Below are positions 30,136 through 38,929 of a DNA stretch of 59,669 bases, in pieces. The stretch's first letter is position 1. Each line of letters opens with the position of its first letter. The notes beneath the pieces were generated by a model. That model saw only the letters and a list, made by a program, of their open reading frames with translations. It did no database searches and was not told where the DNA came from. Both the position numbers and the translations under genes were made by a program. The DNA comes from a virus (taxonomy: Duplodnaviria > Caudoviricetes): IMG/VR virus record IMGVR_UViG_3300030389_003133, positions 1-59,669 of that record. The stretch is one strand, 5' to 3'.

Positions 30136-32346
30136 TTACGGTGTAATATTTATTTTTACTACTCCGTTAGTGTGATATAATCCTCCTAGTCCAATTCCTG
30201 CTGCTTTTGCGTCTACATCATTTGCGTAGTTTTGATTAACCAATTGGTCCATGTATATAACTCCAAATAAAGGACCGCCTTCTCTAACCACGTTAAAAGC
30301 ATTTTTCCTGTTCGCTGCACCACTTCCTACACCTACTTGGAAACTTGTTTTACCTTGAGTCGTGTTTACAGTTTCGTCATTGTTTTGTCCAACCACAACA
30401 CTATTTGATGTTGCGTCGGAAACTAAATTACTTCCAAGAAGATTATTGTTTGCCCCTGCCGTTATTTTGTTATTGTTACCCGCTACGAATGAATTATTAA
30501 CAGTTCCTGCGGTACCTAACTCATGACCAAACCCAAATGCTAATGCTCGTTGAGTGCTATTGCCAACTGCTACATTTTGACCAAACACTACGTTTTTATT
30601 TCCTGTAACTGAAAGTCCACCACCATTTAAAAATACGTTATCGTCTCCCGCTATTGTTCCTGCGGCTCCGAATACTGTATTACCGTTTCCTGTTAAATCA
30701 ATAGAAGGGGTGTTAAATAAAAAGTTTTCATCAGACCCATCCGTAATGGTTGCGGTAAGGTTATTACTTCCGATACCCCATAAGAAGTTTTTATCAACGT
30801 TTGATAATTGATATACTGCACTTGGAGTAGTTGCAAAAACAAAATTATCATCTGAATCTACAAGAGAAACAAACGTAGAACCTAAAATATAGTTGTTATT
30901 AGCACCTTGACTTGCAGTTCCGGTTATTGCGTTACTGTCACCATGGATTACTACGTTGCCTTCCAATTCTGCATTGTTGTTTGCAAACATTGTTGTGTTA
31001 GCCGAGTTTACAATAAAACTACCCGTGATACTACCTACACTTACTGCAAGTCCTTGTGGGTCTTCAAACTGTAATTTGTTATTAGAAGCAACACTCGCTC
31101 CACTGCTAAATTTGTCTCCCAATATTATATTATTAGTAACCGCACTTGTAGCGTTAGGGTTTGCTATGTTTGGTGTACCAAGAGTATTAGGACTTACATT
31201 GTTTTGGTATCTGTTTGGGTTTATTACAATATTTTTATCAGTATATACCGCAGTTCTACTACCTACCAAAAAGTTATTTTGTATAGGACCCGGAGCAGTA
31301 AAATTACCTAAGTTATTATCTGAACCGCCTGTGTTAAAAATAACATTACCTCTATAAACATATTTGGTACTGTTGCTTGTTGCACCAAGTATAATATTGT
31401 CTTCTATCGTTAGACCTCTTAAATTGTTTCCTGCATTTTTACCAATAAACACATTCTCTTTAAGAGTAAGGTTGTTTTGGCTGCCCTGTCCGGGATTAAC
31501 GGAATCAGGACCTGCTTTAATACCTAAACCTGCAGATGCTCCAATAACTACGTTTCCATTAAGAGTAGCACCATAACCGCTCACACCTACATTTCTTAAT
31601 GCTCTCATACCTAGTACGGTATTTTGTACCGGTGCGGCACCCGCACTATAAAAAATGTCTGCCATTGCTTGATGACCTACAATTGTATCATTGACATGAC
31701 CACTCGGTAATTCTGAACCTGAGTTTGGATTACCTGCAGAAAAACCTATACCTATACTCCCTTGGTTGTTAGTCATTCCTTGGGTAGTTGCGTCTACTGA
31801 AGAGCCTAGTGCGTTTTTAGATATAGCAACGTTATTAAAACCTACTGTATTTTCTTTTAATGAATCAATACCAATACCAACGTTATTTGTTGATTGTACT
31901 GATTTTGCTAAAGCTCCTACACCCAAAGCAATATTTGCACCGGGTTCAGCAGCACCTGTAACAGGGTTTAATCCTGATGTAAATGATTCTAAAGCACCGT
32001 CTCCAACACCAATATTGAATTGAGGAACTGTTTTATCTGATAAAACTCCTGCATTTTTCCCAACAAATACTGACTCGCCTGTACCTGTAATTCCAATCAA
32101 TCCACCAATACTTATTGTAGTTGGTGCAGTTGTTGAATCTTGTGTGATTACTGAATCTACATAGTCAACTCCATTTGAAATAGGAATATGTAAATCAGTT
32201 ACTATGCTTGGAATTGGTGGTACTAATGCAATAATATCCCCTAATGTATAATTCTTTGTTATGTTAGAATCGTTTACGTCAGTTCCTATAACCTTGTCTT
32301 GCAAGGTAGGTGTTGCGTCAATTGCATAGGTGGATATTTTAGCCAT
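30136..32346 (-). CDS. Tail fibre/spike protein (736 aa)
   Basis: N-terminal anchor (DKVIGTD...TKNYT), then N/G-rich NxxIG beta-roll repeats and a C-terminal GGLYH motif. Confidence 0.7.
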   Translation of the reverse strand: MAKISTYAIDATPTLQDKVIGTDVNDSNITKNYTLGDIIALVPPIPSIVTDLHIPISNGVDYVDSVITQDSTTAPTTISIGGLIGITGTGESVFVGKNAGVLSDKTVPQFNIGVGDGALESFTSGLNPVTGAAEPGANIALGVGALAKSVQSTNNVGIGIDSLKENTVGFNNVAISKNALGSSVDATTQGMTNNQGSIGIGFSAGNPNSGSELPSGHVNDTIVGHQAMADIFYSAGAAPVQNTVLGMRALRNVGVSGYGATLNGNVVIGASAGLGIKAGPDSVNPGQGSQNNLTLKENVFIGKNAGNNLRGLTIEDNIILGATSNSTKYVYRGNVIFNTGGSDNNLGNFTAPGPIQNNFLVGSRTAVYTDKNIVINPNRYQNNVSPNTLGTPNIANPNATSAVTNNIILGDKFSSGASVASNNKLQFEDPQGLAVSVGSITGSFIVNSANTTMFANNNAELEGNVVIHGDSNAITGTASQGANNNYILGSTFVSLVDSDDNFVFATTPSAVYQLSNVDKNFLWGIGSNNLTATITDGSDENFLFNTPSIDLTGNGNTVFGAAGTIAGDDNVFLNGGGLSVTGNKNVVFGQNVAVGNSTQRALAFGFGHELGTAGTVNNSFVAGNNNKITAGANNNLLGSNLVSDATSNSVVVGQNNDETVNTTQGKTSFQVGVGSGAANRKNAFNVVREGGPLFGVIYMDQLVNQNYANDVDAKAAGIGLGGLYHTNGVVKINITP

Positions 32347-32347
32347 G

Positions 32348-32581
32348 TTATTTCTTTTTAACTTCTCCCGTCTTGATATTTATAATCGAATCTTTCCCAT
32401 ATTTTTTTATAAGAGATTGTTCCAATTTTGCAAACTCTTGAGTAAGTCCATTGACTTTACCATACATTTCGAGTTTCTGCATTTCTAACTCACCTAACGA
32501 GAGCTTTAATTTGTTTAATGAATCAGTAGCGATTTGTAGCTTTTCTAATTCTTCTTTTTCTAATTTTACGTTTTCTGCCAT
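32348..32581 (-). CDS. Small coiled-coil protein, putative fibre chaperone (77 aa)
   Basis: Heptad pattern ending KKYGKDSIINIKTGEV; adjacent to the fibre gene. Confidence 0.5.
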   Translation of the reverse strand: MAENVKLEKEELEKLQIATDSLNKLKLSLGELEMQKLEMYGKVNGLTQEFAKLEQSLIKKYGKDSIINIKTGEVKKK

Positions 32582-32601
32582 TATACTTAATTTAATTTAT
32601 A

Positions 32602-32609
32602 CAAAGATA
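32602..32609 (-). promoter_or_regulatory. -7 box TATCTTTG
   Basis: Intergenic, upstream of 32581. Confidence 0.6.
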
Positions 32610-33011
32610 CTATTTTTTATTTTTAATTTTTTCCCAAGACCTTCCTCCGAAATAGGAAGCGATGACGGTTGCAAGAATTAATTGTAAAAGGGAAATCCAT
32701 TCTTCTTTTACTTCAAATTTAATTGAACCTGCTTCTATAAATATTAAAAGCATTGTGCATACAATTAAAAAGATAAGAACCATTGGTCTTACGTTTTTAG
32801 ACAACCACGAATCGCTAGTCATATCAACTCGCCATCTTTCAGTTACATTCTTCTGCATATCAGCTTCAGCTTGAATAAAAACTTCTGTCATTTCTTTTTC
32901 AAACTTTGCTTTTTCTTCTTTACTGTAAATATGTTTGCCTATAATATCACTAATCTTTTCAGCAATACCTCCGCCTATTTTACCAAATAATTTATTTAAT
33001 ATTTCTTTCAT
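32610..33011 (-). CDS. Holin, GTA 3TM-holin-like (133 aa)
   Basis: RWxxDMxSDSWLSKNVRP, two hydrophobic helices, YFGGRSWEK; next to the endolysin. Confidence 0.75.
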   Translation of the reverse strand: MKEILNKLFGKIGGGIAEKISDIIGKHIYSKEEKAKFEKEMTEVFIQAEADMQKNVTERWRVDMTSDSWLSKNVRPMVLIFLIVCTMLLIFIEAGSIKFEVKEEWISLLQLILATVIASYFGGRSWEKIKNKK

Positions 33012-33436
33012 AATGTACCGTATTCACTTTGAACATCAAAACTCGGACAAGCCTTTGAAGAAAACTCGTTATGTCCGTGTATTGTTGCTTTAGGAAATAT
33101 TTTTTTTAATAATTTTAATAACTCTAACATAGACTCTTTTTGCTGAGGTGTTCGTGTATCTTTTGGTATCCACTTTCCTTTAGTATCTTTTTTATTTTCT
33201 ACTCCTCCGATATAACATATTCCTATGCTTGATTGATTCATGTTCTTAACGTGAGCTCCTACTTGGTCAACCATTCTTCCTAATTCAATTGTTCCGTCAA
33301 TCAAAATTACAAAATGATAACCAATTCCTTTCCAACCTCTGCTTTTGTGCCATTGGTCAATAAGAGCAGCATTTACAGAAGTATCACCTTCTTTGGTGGC
33401 TGAACAATGAATAATAATTTTGTTTATTTCTCTCAT
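33008..33436 (-). CDS. Endolysin, N-acetylmuramoyl-L-alanine amidase (T7 lysozyme-like)
   Basis: IIIHCSAT, GYHFVI, GAHV, SIGICYIGG, HGHNEF and KACP zinc-amidase motifs. Confidence 0.92.
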   Translation of the reverse strand: MREINKIIIHCSATKEGDTSVNAALIDQWHKSRGWKGIGYHFVILIDGTIELGRMVDQVGAHVKNMNQSSIGICYIGGVENKKDTKGKWIPKDTRTPQQKESMLELLKLLKKIFPKATIHGHNEFSSKACPSFDVQSEYGTL

Positions 33437-33558
33437 CTTCCTTGTCCTCTATATTTTTTTTTATATGAGTTTTGAGACCTACTCGCATTTTTTGAGTGGA
33501 CTCCGGGTCTTTTTTTATTTGGTTTATAGGAGTATTTGGCAATATGAATCTTTGCCAT
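33433..33558 (-). CDS. Small basic protein (41 aa)
   Basis: Hand translation MAKIHIAKY...KKKYRGQGR; overlaps both neighbours by stop/start coupling. Confidence 0.6.
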   Translation of the reverse strand: MAKIHIAKYSYKPNKKRPGVHSKNASRSQNSYKKKYRGQGR

Positions 33559-33716
33559 TACTTTTTATTTTGCTCTGAGTTCTTATAGATTTTTTGAACC
33601 GTGTAAACAATGGTGGCTACAAGCAAAATAATTTTAAGTGCCATTTCTATTTGTGTAAATGAGATTGCGAAAACGCTTGAGTTCAGACCGTATATTTTTA
33701 AATCTTCGAAGGACAT
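33558..33716 (-). CDS. Small membrane protein, holin/antiholin-like (52 aa)
   Basis: MSFEDLKIYGLN...LKIILLVATIVYTVQK hydrophobic stretch in the lysis cassette. Confidence 0.6.
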   Translation of the reverse strand: MSFEDLKIYGLNSSVFAISFTQIEMALKIILLVATIVYTVQKIYKNSEQNKK

Positions 33717-33784
33717 TCTACTATTTCATATATTATTTCTAAATCTTCAATCATTAATGTCGTCGTCGATGTCCAATAATTCAT
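33698..33784 (-). CDS. Very small hypothetical protein (28 aa)
   Basis: MNYWTSTTTLMIEDLEIIYEIVECPSKI fills the intergenic gap. Confidence 0.35.
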   Translation of the reverse strand: MNYWTSTTTLMIEDLEIIYEIVECPSKI

Positions 33785-33785
33785 T

Positions 33786-34274
33786 TTACCAAAGAGCTAC
33801 TAGGTTAGATGCGGTTGATGTACTTTGTACTTCACTAACTAAAAGCTGAAGAGCTTCTCCTTCTTTTGGGTTTTCAATACTCACCACATCTCCACCGGCA
33901 GTAACAATATCTAATTTAGTACCTGAACCGCCATCTCCAACATAAATCAAACATCCGTTGTTTGAATCTGTGTTATATACTACAAAGTTTTGTGAGTTCC
34001 CTTGAAAAATATCAGCGTTTAGTCTAAGAGCACTTTCAGCTATCGCAAGAACTTTTGCATACGCTCCGGTAGTCGAATTGTAAACAGTAGCCCCTAAAGT
34101 AACAACCCCTACAAACCCATTAGTTCCTGCTGCTTTAGTAAACAACAAGTGGTCTGCTAAGGTTGAAGCATCTGAAGTTCCTGAAGAAACTTTTGCTCCG
34201 GGGTTAGGTATAATAACGTCGTCGGTTGGTACCCAACTTATTGCTCGTATCGGTTGTAACTTTTGATATGCCAT
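33786..34274 (-). CDS. Putative structural protein (162 aa)
   Basis: MAYQKLQ...LVALW, beta-rich; in the late operon. Confidence 0.55.
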   Translation of the reverse strand: MAYQKLQPIRAISWVPTDDVIIPNPGAKVSSGTSDASTLADHLLFTKAAGTNGFVGVVTLGATVYNSTTGAYAKVLAIAESALRLNADIFQGNSQNFVVYNTDSNNGCLIYVGDGGSGTKLDIVTAGGDVVSIENPKEGEALQLLVSEVQSTSTASNLVALW

Positions 34275-34280
34275 AACTTT

Positions 34281-34445
34281 CTATTGGTAAGGTATAATTC
34301 GGTTGAGGGTATCTTGTCGCTTTCCGCAACCACAGTCTCGCCCTACCTTTTTCGAAACTGTATCTACCATACTTTTAATACCTGTTATCTGCGTAACTTT
34401 TGCAACGGTATCGCCAAACCCTCTTGATTTTTCACTCCATTTCAT
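34281..34445 (-). CDS. Small CGC-motif protein (54 aa)
   Basis: Hand translation ...GFGDTVAKVT..TGIK...DCGCGKRQDTLN. Confidence 0.6.
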   Translation of the reverse strand: MKWSEKSRGFGDTVAKVTQITGIKSMVDTVSKKVGRDCGCGKRQDTLNRIIPYQ

Positions 34446-34582
34446 TTTTTACAAATACATTGCGAAACAGGACATTCACTAACATCAACTATTAATTTAG
34501 ATACTGCCCAATTCCATTTACATAAAAACTTACACCAAGTCTTTTGTATCCAAAGACCCAATTTTACTAATGCTTTACCCAT
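34442..34582 (-). CDS. Small Cys/Trp-rich protein (46 aa)
   Basis: Hand translation MGKALVKLGLWIQKTWCKFLCKWNW...CPVSQCICKK; ATGA coupling to the next gene. Confidence 0.55.
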   Translation of the reverse strand: MGKALVKLGLWIQKTWCKFLCKWNWAVSKLIVDVSECPVSQCICKK

Positions 34583-34586
34583 TGGT

Positions 34587-34799
34587 TTACTTACTAATCA
34601 GTTTTGATAAGTGACCTTTCACACTTGATGGGTAATGCTTATCCATGTGTGCATCGCCACTGTAAGCGTGTCCTGTCATTGCTTTAGCCATTCCTTTAGA
34701 CTCATCACGTCTATCTTTTAATGACTGTGAATGTGGTCCTTTGTGCTTCATGCCTATGGACTCGTCTAATCTATCGTTATAACCTTGTGAATACTTCAT
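34587..34799 (-). CDS. Small basic protein (70 aa)
   Basis: ORF track; QGYNDRLDES...RRDESKGM. Confidence 0.65.
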   Translation of the reverse strand: MKYSQGYNDRLDESIGMKHKGPHSQSLKDRRDESKGMAKAMTGHAYSGDAHMDKHYPSSVKGHLSKLISK

Positions 34800-34810
34800 T
34801 TTTCTAATTT

Positions 34811-35002
34811 TTATTTTTTGCTGCAGCCAAAGTTGTTGGCGAAATTAGCCATCTTAACTACTGCGGGTTTATATTTTTTTTTATTCGCCATTACTGCAGA
34901 AGCAGCACTACATACTGATTTGCCCGGCATATTCTTTTTAACCCATGAGGTAAATTTACCTTGGTTTGCTTTTTTAATTTCTATATCTTGTTGCTTTACC
35001 AT
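34811..35002 (-). CDS. Small basic protein (63 aa)
   Basis: ORF track; IKKANQGKFT...KMANFA. Confidence 0.65.
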   Translation of the reverse strand: MVKQQDIEIKKANQGKFTSWVKKNMPGKSVCSAASAVMANKKKYKPAVVKMANFANNFGCSKK

Positions 35003-35017
35003 AACAAATCATTTTTA

Positions 35018-35025
35018 CAAAGATA
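35018..35025 (-). promoter_or_regulatory. -7 box TATCTTTG
   Basis: Intergenic, upstream of 35002. Confidence 0.6.
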
Positions 35026-35047
35026 ACAATATTTTTTTCAATAATTT

Positions 35048-35611
35048 TTAGACCTCCGGTAAGATTTGAATTATCAAATGTATTCTATCATTTAAGGCAT
35101 CTACTATTTCTACCGGCACTATTGTTGCATCGTTACCCACTCCATTGTTTTGCACTTTCATAAGTCCAACTATAATCTCATCGTTTCCATCGTTGGCATA
35201 AGCACTAGCCATAAAAAAGTTGTTTGGGTTTTCTCCTTGTGGGTTTACATAGATAGCAATTCTTCTTGCGTCAGGCATAGTTGATGAAGCAAAACTAATA
35301 GTATATTGACCAAGAGCATTGCCTGTTCCTGCAGTTGCAGTTTGAGGAAAAAATAAAGATGTATTGTTTTCGTGGTCTAATATAATAGCGTCTTGCCCTG
35401 CGATGTTTTGCACTAAAGTAATTTTAGCTTCTGTAAAGACGGGAGGGGTTGGAGGAGGTGGTGGACCACCTTGACACTCAGTGACGGTTTCACAAATGTC
35501 TTCCATTGTGTAGATTCTACGTTGTGAATTAGCATCAGCAGAACCTAAGTTCTCCGTTACTACATCTTTAGATAATGTGTGGAATTTTTGTTCATTTGGA
35601 ATTATAGCCAT
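35048..35611 (-). CDS. Putative virion decoration protein (187 aa)
   Basis: N-terminus paralogous to the neighbouring gene; poly-Pro linker. Confidence 0.55.
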   Translation of the reverse strand: MAIIPNEQKFHTLSKDVVTENLGSADANSQRRIYTMEDICETVTECQGGPPPPPTPPVFTEAKITLVQNIAGQDAIILDHENNTSLFFPQTATAGTGNALGQYTISFASSTMPDARRIAIYVNPQGENPNNFFMASAYANDGNDEIIVGLMKVQNNGVGNDATIVPVEIVDALNDRIHLIIQILPEV

Positions 35612-35612
35612 C

Positions 35613-36200
35613 TTAAACTTTTTTCATGGTCAACACCACATTAGCCTCTTCGAATGCATTAGCAAATTGTGAAGATGGTACCGCAGTAAAAGCGATTGCT
35701 TGTCCTTTATTTACTTTTATTGACGTTGAAACATCTTCAGTGAAACCGGGGTATGATGGACCTGAAGTATCAACTGTGGTACTTAATGAATAATCTGTCC
35801 AAACACTTGCATCAACCATGTTCTGTCCTAAATCTGCTACGGAAAGTTTAAAAGTTAAAGTCTTTGCGGGATTACCTGCCGCAGTTCCTATCGCTACTGT
35901 TGATGCCCATTGCCAACCTACAGATACTACTTCCATATCAAAAGTTGCAATCACAAAACCTATGTGGTCAGATGCTGCATTTTTTTCAGCACCAAAATCT
36001 GCAGAGTCTCCACCAAGGGGACCTACGTTTGTAGTTTTACCACCAACATTAACCATCGTACCTGCAAAAGCAAGTGGTAAACTAAAGTCCGCAGGAAACG
36101 TATAAACGTTTCTTTGTGCGTTTGCTTGTTTTGAGCCTAGGTTTTCTGTTTCCACATCAGGTGCGACTCCATGAAACTTTGTTCCGATAGGGATTGCCAT
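35613..36200 (-). CDS. Putative virion decoration protein (195 aa)
   Basis: N-terminus paralogous to the 187-aa gene; beta-rich C-terminal part. Confidence 0.55.
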   Translation of the reverse strand: MAIPIGTKFHGVAPDVETENLGSKQANAQRNVYTFPADFSLPLAFAGTMVNVGGKTTNVGPLGGDSADFGAEKNAASDHIGFVIATFDMEVVSVGWQWASTVAIGTAAGNPAKTLTFKLSVADLGQNMVDASVWTDYSLSTTVDTSGPSYPGFTEDVSTSIKVNKGQAIAFTAVPSSQFANAFEEANVVLTMKKV

Positions 36201-36222
36201 AACTTTTATTTTTTATATTTTA

Positions 36223-36230
36223 CAAAGATA
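36223..36230 (-). promoter_or_regulatory. -7 box TATCTTTG
   Basis: Intergenic, upstream of 36200. Confidence 0.6.
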
Positions 36231-36521
36231 CTAATATTTTCCTTGTCGATTTTTTGGACTTGACTTTGTAGAACCACCCTTACCTGCCCATAAATGTTTA
36301 CACGCCCAATACCTTGCGGTCATTTTAGATTTGGCTTGTCCACACTTGTGTCTCGCTCTGAAGGAGGACCTTGCAGCTCTTGAATAATTATGTCCATATC
36401 CTTTTGCTCCAAAGTGAATAAGTTTTTCTTTTCCGCCTTCACAGGCTTTAACCATTTTTTTCTTACCCGCTCTATCGCTTCGAACAACAACATTACATTT
36501 CATTTTTGATTTGTCCGCCAT
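36231..36521 (-). CDS. Basic protein (96 aa)
   Basis: KLIHFG...SFRARHKC...ARYWACKHLW. Confidence 0.7.
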   Translation of the reverse strand: MADKSKMKCNVVVRSDRAGKKKMVKACEGGKEKLIHFGAKGYGHNYSRAARSSFRARHKCGQAKSKMTARYWACKHLWAGKGGSTKSSPKNRQGKY

Positions 36522-36651
36522 CTCTTTTACTTATTGCTACCATCAGGGCTTTGAACTCTGCATAATTTTTTATCCAATCGTCTTTATCTCGATTGCGATT
36601 GTATTGGTCTACATACCAATCATTGCTATGCGTTTCTAACTCTTCCGGCAC
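36493..36651 (-). CDS. Possible small protein (52 aa, GTG start)
   Basis: Open frame ...NDWYVDQYNRNRDKDDWIKNY... spanning the gap between two genes. Confidence 0.35.
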   Translation of the reverse strand: MPEELETHSNDWYVDQYNRNRDKDDWIKNYAEFKALMVAISKRDGGQIKNEM

Positions 36652-36868
36652 TTGTGTTACTTACAAATTGTTTTCTTCTTCCGCCTTCTCGTTTTTTCTT
36701 ACGAGCAGTAGCTGCACGTTCAGACTTAGACATTGACCTTGCTTTTGCCAAAGGCAAACATCTATCAGGATTCTTTTTATTCTTGCTTGTTCCACAAGCT
36801 CCAAGAATAGAACCATCAGTTCCTATACGAACCCATTTCTGTTCTCTCCACTTTTTTAGTTCACCCAT
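36626..36868 (-). CDS. Basic protein (80 aa)
   Basis: LKKWREQKWVRIG...CG...RCLP...RKKKR. Confidence 0.7.
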   Translation of the reverse strand: MGELKKWREQKWVRIGTDGSILGACGTSKNKKNPDRCLPLAKARSMSKSERAATARKKKREGGRRKQFVSNTSAGRVRNA

Positions 36869-37029
36869 TAGTATCCGTATTCTGTTTTTTGCTTATCGGG
36901 ATTGTTTTTTAATTTACCTCCCATTGTTTTTGCAAATTCAAATGCTTGAGCTTTACCCATAGCATTATATGGAAACTTAACGGTTTTCATTTTACCTGTG
37001 TCTTTACATTTATAACTTACTGTTGGCAT
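36868..37029 (-). CDS. Small basic protein (53 aa)
   Basis: Hand translation MPTVSYKC...KFPYNAMGKAQA; TAATG coupling. Confidence 0.6.
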   Translation of the reverse strand: MPTVSYKCKDTGKMKTVKFPYNAMGKAQAFEFAKTMGGKLKNNPDKQKTEYGY

Positions 37030-37034
37030 AACTT

Positions 37035-37151
37035 TTACTTTTTACTTTTTTTCTTTTTCTTTTTTAATGCAATAAAATCAGCAGCCGTTATTTTATCAAA
37101 CGGCATTGCTGCTCTTGCAATCATACGCTGCTTCTTACTTAACTTGCTCAT
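37035..37151 (-). CDS. Small very basic protein (38 aa)
   Basis: MSKLSKKQRMIARAAMPFDKITAADFIALKKKKKKSKK. Confidence 0.6.
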   Translation of the reverse strand: MSKLSKKQRMIARAAMPFDKITAADFIALKKKKKKSKK

Positions 37152-37273
37152 CTTTTTTTCTTTGACATTTTCTGCATATCCTTGATATGCTTTTCAATTA
37201 TTTTTGATTGTGCCAAATGCATCTTTGATGCTTTCTTTAATTGAGACACTACTGACCTTAAACTTTTATCCAT
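37148..37273 (-). CDS. Small basic protein (41 aa)
   Basis: MDKSLRSVVSQLKKASKMHLAQSK...; ATGA coupling. Confidence 0.6.
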   Translation of the reverse strand: MDKSLRSVVSQLKKASKMHLAQSKIIEKHIKDMQKMSKKKR

Positions 37274-37277
37274 GACT

Positions 37278-37649
37278 TTATTTATTTTTACCTATAGTTA
37301 TTTTTCGTTTACCATTCTCATTAGTGACTTTAATAAATTTTGCGTTAGGGTTTGCTTTTTGAACACTGTCAGTAACTCTTTTCATTTCTTCATATTTTAA
37401 TAACCCAAACCTTCCCTCTTTTTTAAGTTTCTCTAACCTTTCGTCATCCTTGCTCCTCTCACGTTTTTTATTTCCTTCAAGTTTAGATTTTACATTAAAG
37501 ATTGTTTTATCTACTTTTTCTTTAACATCGTCTTTAACCTTAGTCTTTTTTTCTTTTCTACAAGCCCTAAGTTTTTGTAGTTCACTTAACGTAAGCTGAT
37601 TACTTCTTTTATTTTCTAACCCTAATTTAGTTTTACAATTATCCGGCAT
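37278..37649 (-). CDS. Lys-rich hypothetical protein (123 aa)
   Basis: ORF track. Confidence 0.6.
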   Translation of the reverse strand: MPDNCKTKLGLENKRSNQLTLSELQKLRACRKEKKTKVKDDVKEKVDKTIFNVKSKLEGNKKRERSKDDERLEKLKKEGRFGLLKYEEMKRVTDSVQKANPNAKFIKVTNENGKRKITIGKNK

Positions 37650-37651
37650 CT

Positions 37652-37813
37652 TTATTTCTTTTTAGATTTCTTGGCATAGTTAGGGTCTTTACAATATTTA
37701 CTTGCAGCCATATTTGCATAAGCTGAAGGGTATCTATCAAAAGTTCGTTTTGCCCATGCAATTCCTGCAGGACATATCTTATTACCTTTTTTCTTTGCTC
37801 TACCTTTTGCCAT
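37652..37813 (-). CDS. Small basic protein (53 aa)
   Basis: MAKGRAKKKGNKICPAGIAWAKRTFDRYPSAYANMAASKYC... Confidence 0.65.
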   Translation of the reverse strand: MAKGRAKKKGNKICPAGIAWAKRTFDRYPSAYANMAASKYCKDPNYAKKSKKK

Positions 37814-37818
37814 TTCTT

Positions 37819-37980
37819 TTATTTTCCAAATTCACCCATGCGTGGGTTTAATACTGATAAACCTTTGAGTATAGATTTAGGACCTTTTAGTTTAGAGGGT
37901 TCTTTACTATAGCTTGGTCGTTTAGGTAACGCCAATCTTTTCTTTACATTCTCTTTAAAAGTGTCACTAACGTAGCTCAT
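37819..37980 (-). CDS. Small basic protein (53 aa)
   Basis: ATG at 37980 lies downstream of the -7 box at 38002-38009. Confidence 0.5.
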   Translation of the reverse strand: MSYVSDTFKENVKKRLALPKRPSYSKEPSKLKGPKSILKGLSVLNPRMGEFGK

Positions 37981-38001
37981 TATTTTTGTTGTATCTTTAC
38001 A

Positions 38002-38009
38002 CAAAGTTA
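38002..38009 (-). promoter_or_regulatory. -7 box TAACTTTG (opposite-strand TATCTTTA at 37992-37999)
   Basis: Short divergent intergenic region. Confidence 0.5.
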
Positions 38010-38030
38010 CTAAATAAAATTTACTATAAT

Positions 38031-38465
38031 TTGAACTCAGACTATTTAAAGTATTGGAGAGTAATACGTCAATATATAAAAGTAAAATACGAGATTAGTC
38101 AATCAGAGCTTGACGTGTTACTCTTTTTAAAATCTGAAAAGTATTTTTCTAAAGACAAGTTTAAAGAGTTCGATAGAATATTGTCTTGGGATGAAAACAG
38201 GTTCGACAAGTTACTTCGTGATGGTTGGATAGAAGTGTTCAGAAAACGAAAAGGTAAAACAAAAGGACTGTACTCATTATCATATAAGTCAGTAAGGCTA
38301 TTAACATCACTCTATAAAAAATTAAATGGAGAAGAACTACCCACATCTCCTTCTCAAAACCCCATGTTTTTAAAAAATGTTTCATACACGGATAGAAGAT
38401 ATAGAGAAGCTATCATGAAGATGAATGAATTTATTCGACAACAACGACATCACGCTCCTGAATGA
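38031..38465 (+). CDS. Putative winged-HTH (MarR-like) regulator (~144 aa, TTG start)
   Basis: ISQSELDVLLFL...FDKLLRDGWIEVFRKR...LYSLSYK pattern; the only credible plus-strand gene in the late region. Confidence 0.55.
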   Translation: MNSDYLKYWRVIRQYIKVKYEISQSELDVLLFLKSEKYFSKDKFKEFDRILSWDENRFDKLLRDGWIEVFRKRKGKTKGLYSLSYKSVRLLTSLYKKLNGEELPTSPSQNPMFLKNVSYTDRRYREAIMKMNEFIRQQRHHAPE

Positions 38466-38688
38466 TTGTCACCATCTCACCTTTAATTACAAGCGTATAA
38501 GAGTTTCTAGTATCGTAGTATATAATATCATTTTCTTTTAAATGTATTACATCGGAACCGGGTATTTTTATTTTTCCTTTTTGATACCTAAATGATTTAG
38601 CGTCATTATTTGAAAGAAGTAGTCCGCTCTCAGTGGTTATTTGTTCCTCTATTTTTTCAATGACTATGTTCTTCCCTATTGCTTTCAT
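38431..38688 (-). CDS. groES: Co-chaperonin GroES (85 aa)
   Basis: MKAIGKNIVI, TESGLLL mobile loop, IIQERDVVVV; near groEL. Confidence 0.85.
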   Translation of the reverse strand: MKAIGKNIVIEKIEEQITTESGLLLSNNDAKSFRYQKGKIKIPGSDVIHLKENDIIYYDTRNSYTLVIKGEMVTIIQERDVVVVE

Positions 38689-38929
38689 CGTCTGCTTTAC
38701 TTAACCAATTACCTTCTAAGTCTCTTATGCCATAGCCTTGTCTTAATAATAATTTAATACATTGAGTTTGTTGTTTGACTCTTTCTTTTATTTTATGTGA
38801 ATAAAACAACTCTCCCTTTATAGGGTTTTCAATAACTATAAAGTTATTATCCTCTAATAGTTTTTGAGCGGCTTCTATCTCTTTTTGTTTAGTTCTAAAT
38901 GCTTCGAATATTTGATTACTTATTACCAT
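38657..38929 (-). CDS. Hypothetical protein (90 aa)
   Basis: ORF track; between groEL and groES. Confidence 0.6.
   Translation of the reverse strand: MVISNQIFEAFRTKQKEIEAAQKLLEDNNFIVIENPIKGELFYSHKIKERVKQQTQCIKLLLRQGYGIRDLEGNWLSKADDESNREEHSH

Noticed and set aside
1045-35051. Many plus-strand ORFs in the late region (e.g. 1045..1479, 6917..7255, 30956..31357)
   Set aside because: Antisense shadows of long minus-strand genes, Ser/Leu/Phe-rich, with no promoter or leader
36998-37013. GTGTCTTTACATTTAT as another palindrome copy
   Set aside because: Only a half-site; expected by chance
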